A stretch of DNA of 64,000 nt from Phaeosaccion multiseriatum (Eukaryota; Protista; Ochrophyta, other classes). The position numbers and the translations under genes were made by a program. Under the pieces are notes generated by a model that worked only from the letters and a program-made list of their open reading frames with translations, was not told where the DNA came from and did not search any database. The DNA lies in NCBI GenBank assembly GCA_965112735.1, contig OZ218954.1:2976001-3040000 (forward strand), read 5' to 3'. Shown piece by piece: positions 1-11,009 of the stretch (within the stretch, counting starts at the first letter, position 1; the number at the start of each line of letters is the position of its first letter).

Positions 1-54
1 GATCGCTCGGATAGGCAGGATGATTTTTTGCATCCTTGAGAGAGAAGAGGGATG

Positions 55-88
<34 letters not shown>

Positions 89-400
89 GCAGCAGATTGC
101 ATGCAGTCTCTCGGGTTCGGCTCCTGTACAATACACAAAGGAATGTAGAAAGAAATAAACGAACGAAACGAAAGTTAAGGGATGCCGAACGCACCAACCA
201 TTTGCCATTTGTTGCTGCGGGTTGGGGCCTCGGCTCTTGTCACTCGGGAAGGAACGTTCGGGCCAATAGACACTGACGCGAAGCACTGGCGAAGCCGGGG
301 GGATGTTGATGGATCGATTTTCCTCTGCAATGAGCTTGGTCATGACGCCCAGCACATCGACCCGCCAGCCAGGCGCTACCAGCCAGTAGGGGGTGGGTGG

Positions 401-1185
401 GTGGGATTCACACAGGTGTAGTAAACAGATCCACACAGGGGTAGCAACAGGTTCAATGCAGTGCTCGAGTTGTTAGGCGAAGGATTTTGTTCGAGTAAGA
501 TGCACCTCGGCAGTTCCGCTCGCTCGGGTGGGCGGAGGCATGCCACAAAATCGAGATACGATATGCCCATGAGGTTCTTGGGTCGGGCGCCGCAGGCGGG
601 CACAGCAATTGGTCGTAGATTGGAGGGGGACAGCGCCCCAGATAAACCACATAGTAACACACAGCGGAAGTGGTCGTAGATTGGAGGGGGCACAACTCCC
701 CTGATCTCCGGCACAAGCGCATAGGCGAAGGTGATGCCAGCAGTGGGGCGCTGTGCTCGGGTGGAGGCGAAGGCAAGCCACATGCTCATCGAGGCAGCTG
801 CTGTGCAGTCCGGTGGAAGCAATACCCACTCACTCACTCACTCACTCACTCACTCACTCACTCACTCACTCACTCACTCACTCACTCACCCACTCACTCA
901 CTCCCGTCATCGAGCAGAGTCTTGTGAGCCACCGCTGCTCCCTCCATTGGTTCCTACCGTCTTCACAAAGGCTTGCCTTCGGCGAGAGCAACACTCCGCT
1001 ACAACGTAACCATCAGCGCATGTCTATCGTGGGATCGTCCTATCCATCGTCACTTGAAATAGAGGCAAACGAACTCGGTCCCCACCCCCCCCCGAGGCGA
1101 GAGGACTTCTATGGGGCTTACGCAAGCCTTCTGCAGACCCTTATGTAGGCCTTTGGTTAGTCCTCATGTACACCCTATGTAGGCC
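401..1185. repeat. Direct repeat A, copy 1 (~785 bp)
   Basis: Begins GTGGGATTCACACAGGTGTAGTAAACAGAT and ends CCCTATGTAGGCC. Also present at 5393-6171 and 10317-11009. Contains a 19-bp internal direct repeat GGTCGTAGATTGGAGGGGG (611, 672) and a (TCAC)n tract. Confidence 0.9.
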
Positions 1186-3059
1186 TCTGGAAGGACTGGA
1201 GGGGCCGACGCTAAGCAAGTGCCGAGCATTGACTTAACAGCAGCTCTTGCGTCCTCAGCTTTCTCGCGTGCAACTAAAGATCTTAAGTAGCATGGATGCT
1301 GGTGCTTGCTTTGCTTTGCATTACTGCTACATACCTAAGAGCCATGGGGGAGGAAAAGGGTCAGGACCTGGAGGGGCCTACTGCTCCCGCAGTTTCAGTC
1401 TCAGTTTCAGTCTCGATGGGATTGCCCCCTCCCCCCCCGTGGTGGACCTGCCCTTGATTGCGCTCATACACGCCCAGTGCGCAGGGCACAGTGGTAAGAG
1501 GCGACTGAGGACTGAGGCGTGGGGACTGATGTCTGACCACTGACAACTGAGCAACTGAGCACGTCGCTCAGGACGCGAGGCCGTCTTCCCTCAATCAACT
1601 CTCCCTTCCCCCCCCAAAGCCCAGGCGTAAAAGCCGCCCGTGAGGAGACGAAGAAGGCAGAGAGGGGGGAGAGGGAAGGACCAGCTGTTGGAGGGAATGC
1701 TTGCTGCAATCATTCACCCAACTTCCTCCGCTATTTGCACTGGGCAACACATGGCGCGTCGCTCGTGCTCGTCTGTACACATGGCCGACGATGATTCGGG
1801 CCGAGACGTACGGACGAGATGGGCGGGAAAGCTTCGCGCGTCAAAAGCGAAGTATCATGGAACATCACATAGAGCAGCGGTGCATGGCGGCGGGAGAGTG
1901 AACAGCGCAAGCGGTGCCAAAGAGGCGGTGCTTCTCTAGGGCCGGAGGGCGCTCTGGAGAGAGGCGGCACGGGTGGTGTGTGGCCCAGGGAGTGCTGCTG
2001 CCTCGACAAGGTGTGAGTGGGGGGGTTGGTGCATGGACCTGCAGACTTCGTAGGGGTTTTGCTCTTCTAAGGAGGGGGGCAGGCTAGGTAGGAGGCGTTC
2101 TAGGCGTACACACACGCTTGTTAGAAATACTTCGTAAGAATGATATAGCCCCTACACGTCGCAGAGAAGTATATATCCGAAAGGAGAACTTGAGGGGCTC
2201 TCTTGGACAGACATGTGTATTGAGAAACGCCCGTGTGTCGTGTCGCGAGTTGTCGAGCGGTGCAATCAACGGGAGCGAGAGCGACGCTGTTGAATGGCCT
2301 TGCACTCGCTCTGTGCGATCCATGGGTCACCGAGTCACGCATGTCTCGCAGCCACCCCCCATTGTGAAAGGCATCAGACAGATGTAAGTGAATTCCCTCA
2401 CATGGGGAAGGACCCACAACCCCGCCGAGAAAGGAAGAAATGGCTGCCTACGCCTGGGCCATTGACTTATTCGGGCTCCGTGTCTCTGACGCCTCTTCAT
2501 TTTTTCCCAGGGGAAAGGACCAGAGCGTGGCAAGCTATTGAGAGAGCCCTCCTTCCTCTTCGCTTGTAGTGAGGCACGCCTGGGGAGGAGGGGCTTGTCT
2601 TGAGTCAGGATTTGGTCGGCTTGTTTCCCCCCCGCTCTCACCTAGCTTAGCGCTGCGTTGGCCTCTTCTTGCACTGAGAGTGAAGTGGAAGGACCGTGAC
2701 AGGCTATGCTGACAACGCGGCGAGGGAGCCCTCCTTCCCCGACACTTTTCGTGCAACACGCCTGAGGGGGACGGGCATCGCCGGCTGGGTTCCCCCGATT
2801 TTCTCTTCCTTCCCACCGCTCTCGCCCTCTCCTGCGAGCGGCTGGGGATCGACAGGTCAACCCGTCCTCACCATGCCTCAGCAGGCCAGAGCACCCGAGG
2901 TAAGGCACAGCAGGGGCTCGTTCGGTGACCCGTCATAGGAGCAAGGTAGATCATGTGAGGGTAGCGAGCGGAAATGAGTCTCCCTTTCGAAGGGGAGCGC
3001 GCCCAGCGTAAGCGGATGACAATGTATCAGAGGAGTATTTGCGTTAGGCTCTTGAAGGA

Positions 3060-5180
3060 ATGCTCCTCCAGTCCAGTGTACTGAGCGCGATTCCCCACTT
3101 CCTACCTTGTCCTTGTCGCCCTCACTGCCTTCTCTCCCGAACGCTGCACGCATGGGCAAGCAAGATGCAACGACTCTGTCAGTCCATCGTTGGAATGGAA
3201 AGCCTCTCCACTGTGCAAGCGCTGGTTAGGAAGCTCGTCGCCAAGCACGGCAAAGCGATCTTGGAGGAGCCTGTCGACGAAGAAGGCTATACGGCTATGA
3301 TATGGGCTGCGACATACGATCGACCGGATGTCGTGGACCTTCTGCTGCAGGAGGGGGCCTCCTTCAGCACCGGGGGAGGGTCGTACGGGATCACGCCATT
3401 GATAGAGGCTAGCCGGCGGGGACACAACGAAGTGGTGAGGCGGCTGTTGGATGTCGGGGCCCGTGTAGACCAAGTCACTTTCGGAGGTGTGACGCCTTTG
3501 TTCATGGCTGCCACTGCTGGGCACTTCACAACTGTGCAGCACCTCCTTCTGGCGGGGGCCGGTGTCAACGCTGCTGATAATGAGGGGTGTACTTCGATCT
3601 GGATGGCATCTCAGAATGGGCACACCTCCGTCGTGGGGCGACTCATTGCAGCGGGCGCGGATGTGAACAAAGTAGACGACATCGGAAGGACTCCACTCGT
3701 CATGGCGTCCCAATTCGGGCATGGGGGTGTGGTACAGCGGCTGATCAGGGCCAACGCCAAAATCGAGAGGGCTGATGAGAGCGGCCACACTCCACTGTGG
3801 TTAGCCTGGTTAGCCTCGGAGTACGGGCATGCGTCCATCGTGCAGCAGCTCCTCGATGTGTATGCCAACGTGGAGCCCAGGGGCCACCAAGGCTTTACTC
3901 CTCTCATGATCGCTGCTCTTAGAGGACGCTTGGCCGTGGTGAAGCTACTTTTCGCTGCAGGGGCGGACGTATTCGCGTCCAACCTCCAGGGCTTCACGCC
4001 TCTGCACATGGCCGCTCAACAAGGTCACGACACCGCGGTGGAGTGGCTTCTTTCTGCGGGGGCAAAGGTGGAGACAAGGTCCAACCACGGTGCAACACCC
4101 CTCCACATGGCCGCTCAAGAAGGTCACGAGGCCGTGGTGAAGTTCCTTTTTGCTGCAGGGGCGGACGTACTCGCGTCCAACCTCGAGGGCTTCACGCCTC
4201 TGCACATGGCCGCTCAAGAAGGTCACGACACTGTGGTGGAGTGGCTTCTTTCTGCGGGAGCAAAGGTGGAGACAGCGAACAAACAGGGTGCAACACCCCT
4301 CCACATGGCTGCCCAAGAAGGTCACGAGGCCGTGGTGGAGCGGCTTCTCTCTGCAGGAGCAAAGTTGGAGACTGCGGACAACGATGGTGCAACACCCCTC
4401 CACCTTGCTGCTCATGGAGGTCACGAGGGCGTGGTGGAGCGTCTTCTCTCTGCGGGAGCCAAAGTGGAGATAGGGAGAACTGACGGTACAACACCCCTCC
4501 ACCTTGCTGCTCATGGAGGTCACGAGGCCGTGGTGGAGCGGCTTCTCTCTGCAGGAGCAGAAGTGGAGACAGCAACCAAAACTGGTGCAACACCCCTCCA
4601 CGTTGCTGTTCAAGGAGGTCACGAGGCCGTGGTGGAGCGGCTTCTCTCTGCAGGAGCACGGGCGGAGGCAGCGACCAACATTGGTGCAACGCCCCTCCAC
4701 CGTGCTGCTCAAAAAGGTCAGGAGGCCGTGGTGGAGCGGCTTCTTTCTGCGGGGGCAAAGGTGGAGACAGCGAACAACACTGGTATATCACCCCTCCACC
4801 TTGCTGCTGAGAAAGGACACGAGGCCGTCGTCGCTCGTCTCATCTCTGCAGGATCCCCGATCGATGCCCAGAGGCTGGACGGCGCCACCCCACTGCTTCT
4901 TGCCACCCACTATGGCCACCATGGCATTGCACGGCAGCTCCTATCGGCCGATGCCTCGGTTGACAAGGCCTTGGCTGCGGCACGGATGTATGGACTGGGC
5001 CCTGAGATTGAGCAGCGGCTCAGAGACGCAGCAGCAGCCTTCTTCCGATCGCAGAGTACACTGGACCTTATGCGAAGGAGCGATCCGACCTTCGATAGGG
5101 AGAGGGGGATGTCGCCGCTGGAGAGGCCCTGGAGTGTCGGGAGCGAGACGTGGGAGAGCATGGCGGAGGAAATGAGCTGA
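3060..5180 (+). CDS. Intronless ankyrin-repeat protein, copy 1 (17 ANK repeats; true start may be a downstream Met, MQRL.. or MESL..)
   Basis: 706-aa uninterrupted ORF with repeated G-x-TPLH-x-AA-xx-GH-xx-VV-xx-LL-xx-GA motif; 99-bp periodicity at 3980-4860. Confidence 0.93.
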   Translation: MLLQSSVLSAIPHFLPCPCRPHCLLSRTLHAWASKMQRLCQSIVGMESLSTVQALVRKLVAKHGKAILEEPVDEEGYTAMIWAATYDRPDVVDLLLQEGASFSTGGGSYGITPLIEASRRGHNEVVRRLLDVGARVDQVTFGGVTPLFMAATAGHFTTVQHLLLAGAGVNAADNEGCTSIWMASQNGHTSVVGRLIAAGADVNKVDDIGRTPLVMASQFGHGGVVQRLIRANAKIERADESGHTPLWLAWLASEYGHASIVQQLLDVYANVEPRGHQGFTPLMIAALRGRLAVVKLLFAAGADVFASNLQGFTPLHMAAQQGHDTAVEWLLSAGAKVETRSNHGATPLHMAAQEGHEAVVKFLFAAGADVLASNLEGFTPLHMAAQEGHDTVVEWLLSAGAKVETANKQGATPLHMAAQEGHEAVVERLLSAGAKLETADNDGATPLHLAAHGGHEGVVERLLSAGAKVEIGRTDGTTPLHLAAHGGHEAVVERLLSAGAEVETATKTGATPLHVAVQGGHEAVVERLLSAGARAEAATNIGATPLHRAAQKGQEAVVERLLSAGAKVETANNTGISPLHLAAEKGHEAVVARLISAGSPIDAQRLDGATPLLLATHYGHHGIARQLLSADASVDKALAAARMYGLGPEIEQRLRDAAAAFFRSQSTLDLMRRSDPTFDRERGMSPLERPWSVGSETWESMAEEMS

Positions 5181-5392
5181 AGTCAAGAGAAGGGGGCCTG
5201 GGTGAATGCGAGGTGGGGGGGGGACAACGACCGAGACTAAAGAGGACTGCTCTCGCTCGCTTCCACCAGTCAGGCCATGGAGAGTATGGGCATACCACGA
5301 TGCGATGTCAGAGAGGCACCGTCTATGGCACCTTCAGAGAGACTTGGCGGGAATGACTTTGGGATCGAAGCAAAAGGAACGGGGGGGGGGGG

Positions 5393-6171
5393 GTGGGGAT
5401 TCACACAGGTGTAGTAAACAGATTCACACAGGGGTAGCTAGCAAATAGGTTCAAAACAGTGCTCGAGTTTGTTAGGCGAAGGATTTTGTTCGGGTAAGAT
5501 GCACATCGGCAGTTCCGCTCGCTCGGGTGGGTGGAGGCATTCAAAAATCGAGATACGGTATGCCCATAAGGTTCTTGGGTCGGGCGCCGCAGGCGGGCAC
5601 AGCAATTGGTCGTAGATTGGAGGGGGACAGCGCCCCAGATAAACCACATAGTAACACACAGCGGAAGTGGTCGTAGATTGGAGGGGGCACAATTCCCCTG
5701 ATAGCCGGCACAAGCGCACTCGCGAAAGTGATGCCAGCAGGGGGGTACTGTGCTCGGGTGGAGGCAAAGGCAAGCCACACGCTCATCGAGGCAGCAGCTG
5801 TGCAGTCCAGTCGAACCAATGCCCATTCACACTCACTCTTTCACTCACTCACATACTCACTCACCCTCACTCACTCACTCACTCACTCCCGTCATCGAGC
5901 AGAGTCTTGTGACCCACCGCTGCTCCCTCCATTGGTTCCTACCGTCTTCACAAAGGCCTGCCTTCGGCTAGATCACCACTCCGCTACAACGTAACCATCA
6001 GCGCATGTCTATCGTGGGATCGTCCTATCCATCGTCACTTGAAATAGAGGCAAACGAACTCGGTCCCCACCCCCCCCCCGAGGCGAGAGGATTTCTGTAG
6101 GGCTTAAGTAAGCCTTCTGCAGACCCTTATGTAGGCCTTTGGTTAGTCCTCATGTACACCCTATATAGGCC
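5393..6171. repeat. Direct repeat A, copy 2
   Basis: Homologous to 401-1185, with private substitutions around 5808-5870 and 5969-5978. Confidence 0.9.
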
Positions 6172-8092
6172 TCTAGAAGAGCCAGGTCAGGACTGGAGGG
6201 GCCGACGCTAAGCAAGTGCCGAGCATTGACTTAACAGCAGCTCTTGTTGCGTCCTCAGCTTTCTCGCGTGCAACTTAAGATTTTAAGTAGCATGGATGCT
6301 GGTGCTCGCTTTGCTTTGCATTACTGCTACATACCTAAGAGCCATGGGGGAGGAAAAGGGGTCAGGACCTAGAGGGGCCTACCGCTCCCGCAGTTTCAGT
6401 CTCAGTTTCAGTCTCGATGGGATTGCCCCCTCCCCCCCCGTGGTGGACCTGCCCTTGATTGCGCTCACATATATATATATATATATATATACACGCCCAG
6501 TGCGCAGGGCACAGTGGTAAGAGGCGACTGAGGACTGAGGCGTGGGGACTGATGTCTGACCACTGACAACTGAGCAACTGAGCACGTCGCTCAGGACGCG
6601 AGGCCGTCTTCCCTCAATCAACTCTCCCTTCCCCCCCCAAAGCCCAGGCGTAAAAGCCGCCCGTGAGGAGACGAAGAAGGCAGAGAGGGGGGAGAGGGAA
6701 GGACCAGCTGTTGGAGGGAATGCTTGCTGCAATCATTCACCCAACTTCCTTCGCCATTTGCACTGGGCAACACATGGCGCGTCGCTCGTGCTCGTCTGTA
6801 CACACGGCCGACGATCATTCGGGCCGAGACGTACGGACGAGATGGGCGGGAAAGCTTCGCGCGTCAAAAGCGAAGTATCATGGAACATCACATAGAGCAG
6901 GGGCGCATGGCGGCGGGAGAGTGAACAGCGCAAGCGGTGTTGAAAGAGGCGGTGCTTCTCTAGGGCCGGAGGGCGCTCTGGAGAGAGGCGCCACGGGTGG
7001 TGTGTGGCCCAGGGAGTGCTGCTGCCTCGACAAGGTGTGAGTGGGGGGGTTGGTGCATGGACCTGCAGACTTCGCAGGGGTTTTGCTCTTCTAAGGAGGG
7101 GGGCAGGCTAGGTAGGAGGCGTTCTAGGCGTACACAAACGCTTGTTAGAAATACTTCGTAAGAATGATATAGCCCCTACACGTCGCAGAGAAGTATATAT
7201 CCGAAAGGAGAACTTGAGGGGCTCTCTTGGACAGACATGTGTATTGAGAAACGCCCGTGTGTCGTGTCGCGAGTTGTCGAGCGGTGCAATCAACGGGAGC
7301 GAGAGCGACGCTGTTGAATGGCCTTGCACTCGCTCTGTGCGATCCATGGGTCACCGAGTCACGCATGTCTCGCAGCCACCCCCCATTGTGAAAGGCATCA
7401 GACAGTTGTAAGTGAATTCCCTCACATGGGGAAGGACCCACAACCCCGCCGAGAAAGGAAGAAATGGCTGCCTACGCCTGGGCCATTGACTTATTCGGGC
7501 TCCGTGTCTCTGACGCCTCTTCATTTTTTCCCAGGGGAAAGGACCCTGATAGGCAGAGCGTGGCAAGCTATTGAGAGAGCCCTCCTTCCTCTTCGCTTGA
7601 AGTGAGGCACGCCTGGGGAGGAGGGGCTTGTCTTGAGTCAGGATTTGGTCGGCTTGTTTCCCCCCCGCTCTCACCTAGCTTAGCGCTGCGTTGGCCTCTT
7701 CTTGCACTGAGAGTGAAGTGGAAGGACCGTGACAGGCTATGCTGACAACGCGGCGAGGGAGCCCTCCTTCCCCGACACTTTTCGTGCAACACGCCTGAGG
7801 GGGACGGGCATCGCCGGCTGGGTTCCCCCGATTTTCTCTTCCTTCCCCCCGCTCTCGCCCTCTCCTGCGAGCGGCTGGGGATCGACAGGTCAACCCGTCC
7901 TCACCATGCCTCAGCAGGCCAGAGCACCCGAGGTAAGGCACAGCAGGGGCCCGTTCGGTGACCCGTCATAGGAGCAAGGTAGATCATGTGAGGGTAGCGA
8001 GCGGAAATGAGTCTCCCTTTCGAAGGGGAGCGCGCCCAGCGTAAGCGGATGACAATGTATCAGAGGAGTATTTGCGTTAGGCTGTTGAAGGA

Positions 8093-10105
8093 ATGCTCCT
8101 CCAGTCCAGTGTACTGAGCGCGATTCCCCACTTCCTACCTTGTCCTTGTCGCCCTCACTGCCTTCTCTCCCGAACGCTGCACGCGTGGGCAAGCAAGATG
8201 CAACGACTCTGTCAGTCCATCGTTGGAATGGAAAGTCTCTCCACTGTGCAAGCGCTGGTTAGGAAGCTCGTCGCCAAGCACGGCAAAGCGATCTTGGAGA
8301 AGCCTGTCGACGAAGAAGGCTATACGGCTATGATATGGGCTGCGACATACGATCGACTGGATGTCGTGGACCTTCTGCTGCAGGAGGGGGCCTCCTTCAG
8401 CACCGGGGGAGGGTCGTACGGGGCCACGCCATTGATAGAGGCTAGCCGGCGGGGACATAACGAAGTGGTGAGGCGGCTGTTGGATGTCGGGGCCCGTGTA
8501 AACCAGATCGATCTCAAAGGAGTGACGCCTTTGATTGCGGCTGCCACTAAAGGGCGCTTCACAACTGTGCAGCAGCTCCTTCCGGCGGGGGCCGATGTCA
8601 ATGCTGCTGATAATGAGGGGTGTACTTCGATCTTGATGGCATCTCAGAATGGGCACACCTCCGTCGTGGGGCGACTCATTGCAGCGGGCGCGGATGTGAA
8701 CAAAGTAGACGACATCGGAAGGACTCCACTCGTCATGGCGTCCCAATTCGGGCATGGGGGTGTGGTGCAGCGGCTGATCAGGGCCAACGCCAACATCGAG
8801 AGGGCTGCTGAGAGCGGCCACACTCCACTGTGGTTAGCCTCGGAGGGCGGGCATGCGTCCATCGTGCAGCAGCTCCTCGATGAGCATGCCAACGTGGAGG
8901 CCAGGAACCACAAAGGCTTTACTCCTCTCATGATCGCTGCTCTTAGTGGACGCTTGGCCGTGGTGAAGCTACTTTTGGCTGCAGGGGCGGACGTACTCGC
9001 GTCCAACCTCGAGGGCTTCACACCTCTGCACATGGCCGCTCAAGAAGGTCACGACACCGTGGTGGAGTGGCTTCTTTCTGCGGGGGCAAAGGTGGAGACA
9101 AGGTCCAACCACGGTGCAACACCCCTCCACATGGCCGCTCAAGAAGGTCACGAGGCCGTAGTGGAGCGGCTTCTTTCTGCGGGAGCCAGAGTGGAGATAG
9201 GGAGAACTGAGCGGACAACACCCCTCCAGCTTGCTGCTCAAGAAGGTCACGAGGCCGTGGTGGAGCGGCTTCTCTCTGCAGGAGCAAAGGTGGAGACAGC
9301 GGACAACGATGGTACAGCGCCCCTCCACTTTGCTGCTCATGGAGGTCACGAGGCCGTGGTGGAGCGGCTTCTCGCTGCAGGAGCAAAGGTGGAGACAGCG
9401 GGTAACGATGGTATAACACCCCTCCACCTTGCTGCTCAAGAAGGTCAGGAGGCGGTGGTGGAGCGGCTTCTTTCTGCGGGAGCCAGAGTGGAGACAGCGG
9501 CCAACGATGGTACAGCGCCCCTCCACTTTGCTGCTCATGGAGGTCACGAGGCCGTGGTGGAGCGGCTTCTCGCTGCAGGAGCAAAGGTGGAGACAGCGAA
9601 CAAACAGGGTGCAACACCCCTCCACTTTGCTGCTGGAAAAGGTCACGAGGCCGTGGTGGAGCGGCTTCTCGCTGCAGGAGCAAAGGTGGAGACAGCGGGT
9701 AACGATGATATAACACCCCTCCACCTTGCTGCTAACTATGGACACGAGGCTGTCGTCGCTCGTCTCATCTCTGCAGGATCCCCGATCGATGCCCAGAGGC
9801 TGGACGGCGCCACCCCACTGCTTCTCGCCATCTACTTTGGCCACCATGGCATTGCACGGCAGCTCCTCTCGGCCGATGCCTCGGTTGACAAGGCCTTGGC
9901 TGCGGCACGGAGGAATGGAATGGGCCCTGAGATTGAGCAGCGGCTCAGAGACGCAGCAGCAGCCTTCTTCCGATCGCAGAGTACACTGGACCTTATGCGA
10001 AGGAGCGATCCGACCTTCGATAGGGAGAGGGGGATGTCGCCGCTGGAGAGGCCCTGGAGTGTCGGGAGCGAGACGTGGGAGAGCATGGCGGAGGAAATGA
10101 GCTGA
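8093..10105 (+). CDS. Intronless ankyrin-repeat protein, copy 2 (16 ANK repeats)
   Basis: 670-aa ORF with N- and C-termini near-identical to copy 1. It is 36 aa shorter: one 33-aa repeat plus a WLA duplication present only in copy 1. Confidence 0.93.
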   Translation: MLLQSSVLSAIPHFLPCPCRPHCLLSRTLHAWASKMQRLCQSIVGMESLSTVQALVRKLVAKHGKAILEKPVDEEGYTAMIWAATYDRLDVVDLLLQEGASFSTGGGSYGATPLIEASRRGHNEVVRRLLDVGARVNQIDLKGVTPLIAAATKGRFTTVQQLLPAGADVNAADNEGCTSILMASQNGHTSVVGRLIAAGADVNKVDDIGRTPLVMASQFGHGGVVQRLIRANANIERAAESGHTPLWLASEGGHASIVQQLLDEHANVEARNHKGFTPLMIAALSGRLAVVKLLLAAGADVLASNLEGFTPLHMAAQEGHDTVVEWLLSAGAKVETRSNHGATPLHMAAQEGHEAVVERLLSAGARVEIGRTERTTPLQLAAQEGHEAVVERLLSAGAKVETADNDGTAPLHFAAHGGHEAVVERLLAAGAKVETAGNDGITPLHLAAQEGQEAVVERLLSAGARVETAANDGTAPLHFAAHGGHEAVVERLLAAGAKVETANKQGATPLHFAAGKGHEAVVERLLAAGAKVETAGNDDITPLHLAANYGHEAVVARLISAGSPIDAQRLDGATPLLLAIYFGHHGIARQLLSADASVDKALAAARRNGMGPEIEQRLRDAAAAFFRSQSTLDLMRRSDPTFDRERGMSPLERPWSVGSETWESMAEEMS

Positions 10106-10316
10106 AGTCAAGAGAAGGGGGCCTGGGTGAATGCGAGGTGGGGGGGGGACAACGACCGAGACTAAAGAGGACTGCTCTCGCTCGCTTCCACCAGTCAGGC
10201 CATGGAGAGTATGGGCATACCACGATGCGATGTCAGAGAGGCACCGTCTATGGCACCTTCAGAGAGACTTGGCGGGAATGACTTTGGGATCGAAGCAAAA
10301 GGAACGGGGTGGGGGG

Positions 10317-11009
10317 GTGGGGATTCACACAGGTGTAGTAAACAGATTCACACAGGGGTAGCTAGCAAATAGGTTCAAAACAGTGCTCGAGTTTGTTAGG
10401 CGAAGGATTTTGTTCGGGTAAGATGCACATCGGCAGTTCCGCTCGCTCGGGTGGGCGGAGGCATTCCAAAATCGAAATACGATATGCCCATAAGGTTCTT
10501 GGGTCGGGCGCCGCAGGCGGGCACAGCAATTGGTCGGAGATTGGAGGGGGCACAATTTCCCTGATAGCCGGCACAAGCGCATACGCGAAGGTGATGCCAG
10601 CAGTGGGGTGCTGTGCTCGAGTGGAGGTGAAGGCAAGCCACACGCTCATTGAGGCAGCAGCTGTGCAGTCCGGTGGAAGCAATACCCACCCACCCACTCA
10701 CTCACTCACTCACTCACTCACTCACTCCCGTCATCGAGCAGAGTCTTGTGAGCCACCGCTGCTCCCTTCATTGGTTCCTACCGTCTTCACAAAGGCTTGC
10801 CTTCGGCGAGAGCAACACTCCGCTACAACGTACCCATCCGTGCATGTCTTTCGTGGGATCGTCCTATCCATCGTCACTTGAAAAAGAGGCAAACGAACTC
10901 GGTCCCCACCCCCCCCCGAGGCGAGAGGATTTCTGTAGGGCTTAAGTAAGCCTTCTGCATACCCTTATGTAGGCCTTTGGTTAGTCCTCATGTACACCCT
11001 ATGTAGGCC
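10317..11009. repeat. Direct repeat A, copy 3 (closes the array; ~61-bp internal deletion)
   Basis: Homologous to copies 1 and 2. Only one GGTCG(T/G)AGATTGGAGGGGG unit remains (~10532). Homology stops abruptly at CCCTATGTAGGCC 11009. Confidence 0.9.

Larger units (their letters stand above)
401..5392 (+). repeat. Tandem ~5-kb duplication unit 1 (repeat A + non-coding spacer + ankyrin gene)
   Basis: Colinear and near-identical to 5393-10316 along its length (e.g. 2084-2323 vs 7108-7347 give ORFs differing at one residue; 3' tail 5000-5380 matches 9925-10305). Confidence 0.95.
5393..10316 (+). repeat. Tandem ~5-kb duplication unit 2
   Basis: Second copy of 401-5392. It differs by small indels (a TA-run at ~6469-6491, CTGATAGGC at ~7546) and in ankyrin repeat content. 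Confidence 0.95.

Noticed and set aside
1-1140. Possible minus-strand exons near 100-380 and 903-1131 (CAG acceptor, GTGAGT donor before the TCAC tract)
   Set aside because: The 903-1131 segment has stops in all frames tried and neither segment gives a recognisable protein; a degraded gene cannot be excluded but is unsupported.
1186-3059. Short ORFs in the spacer upstream of the ankyrin gene (and its copy at 6172-8092)
   Set aside because: About 100 aa or less, with no motifs; conservation between copies merely reflects recent duplication.
3060-10105. Diversity-generating retroelement acting on the ankyrin genes
   Set aside because: No reverse transcriptase or template repeat in the window; the differences are not adenine-specific and include synonymous patches.
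3102-10111. Antisense and alternate-frame ORFs over the ankyrin genes (e.g. 8969-10111 minus, 380 aa)
   Set aside because: Shadows of the GC-rich repetitive coding strand; no recognisable domain.
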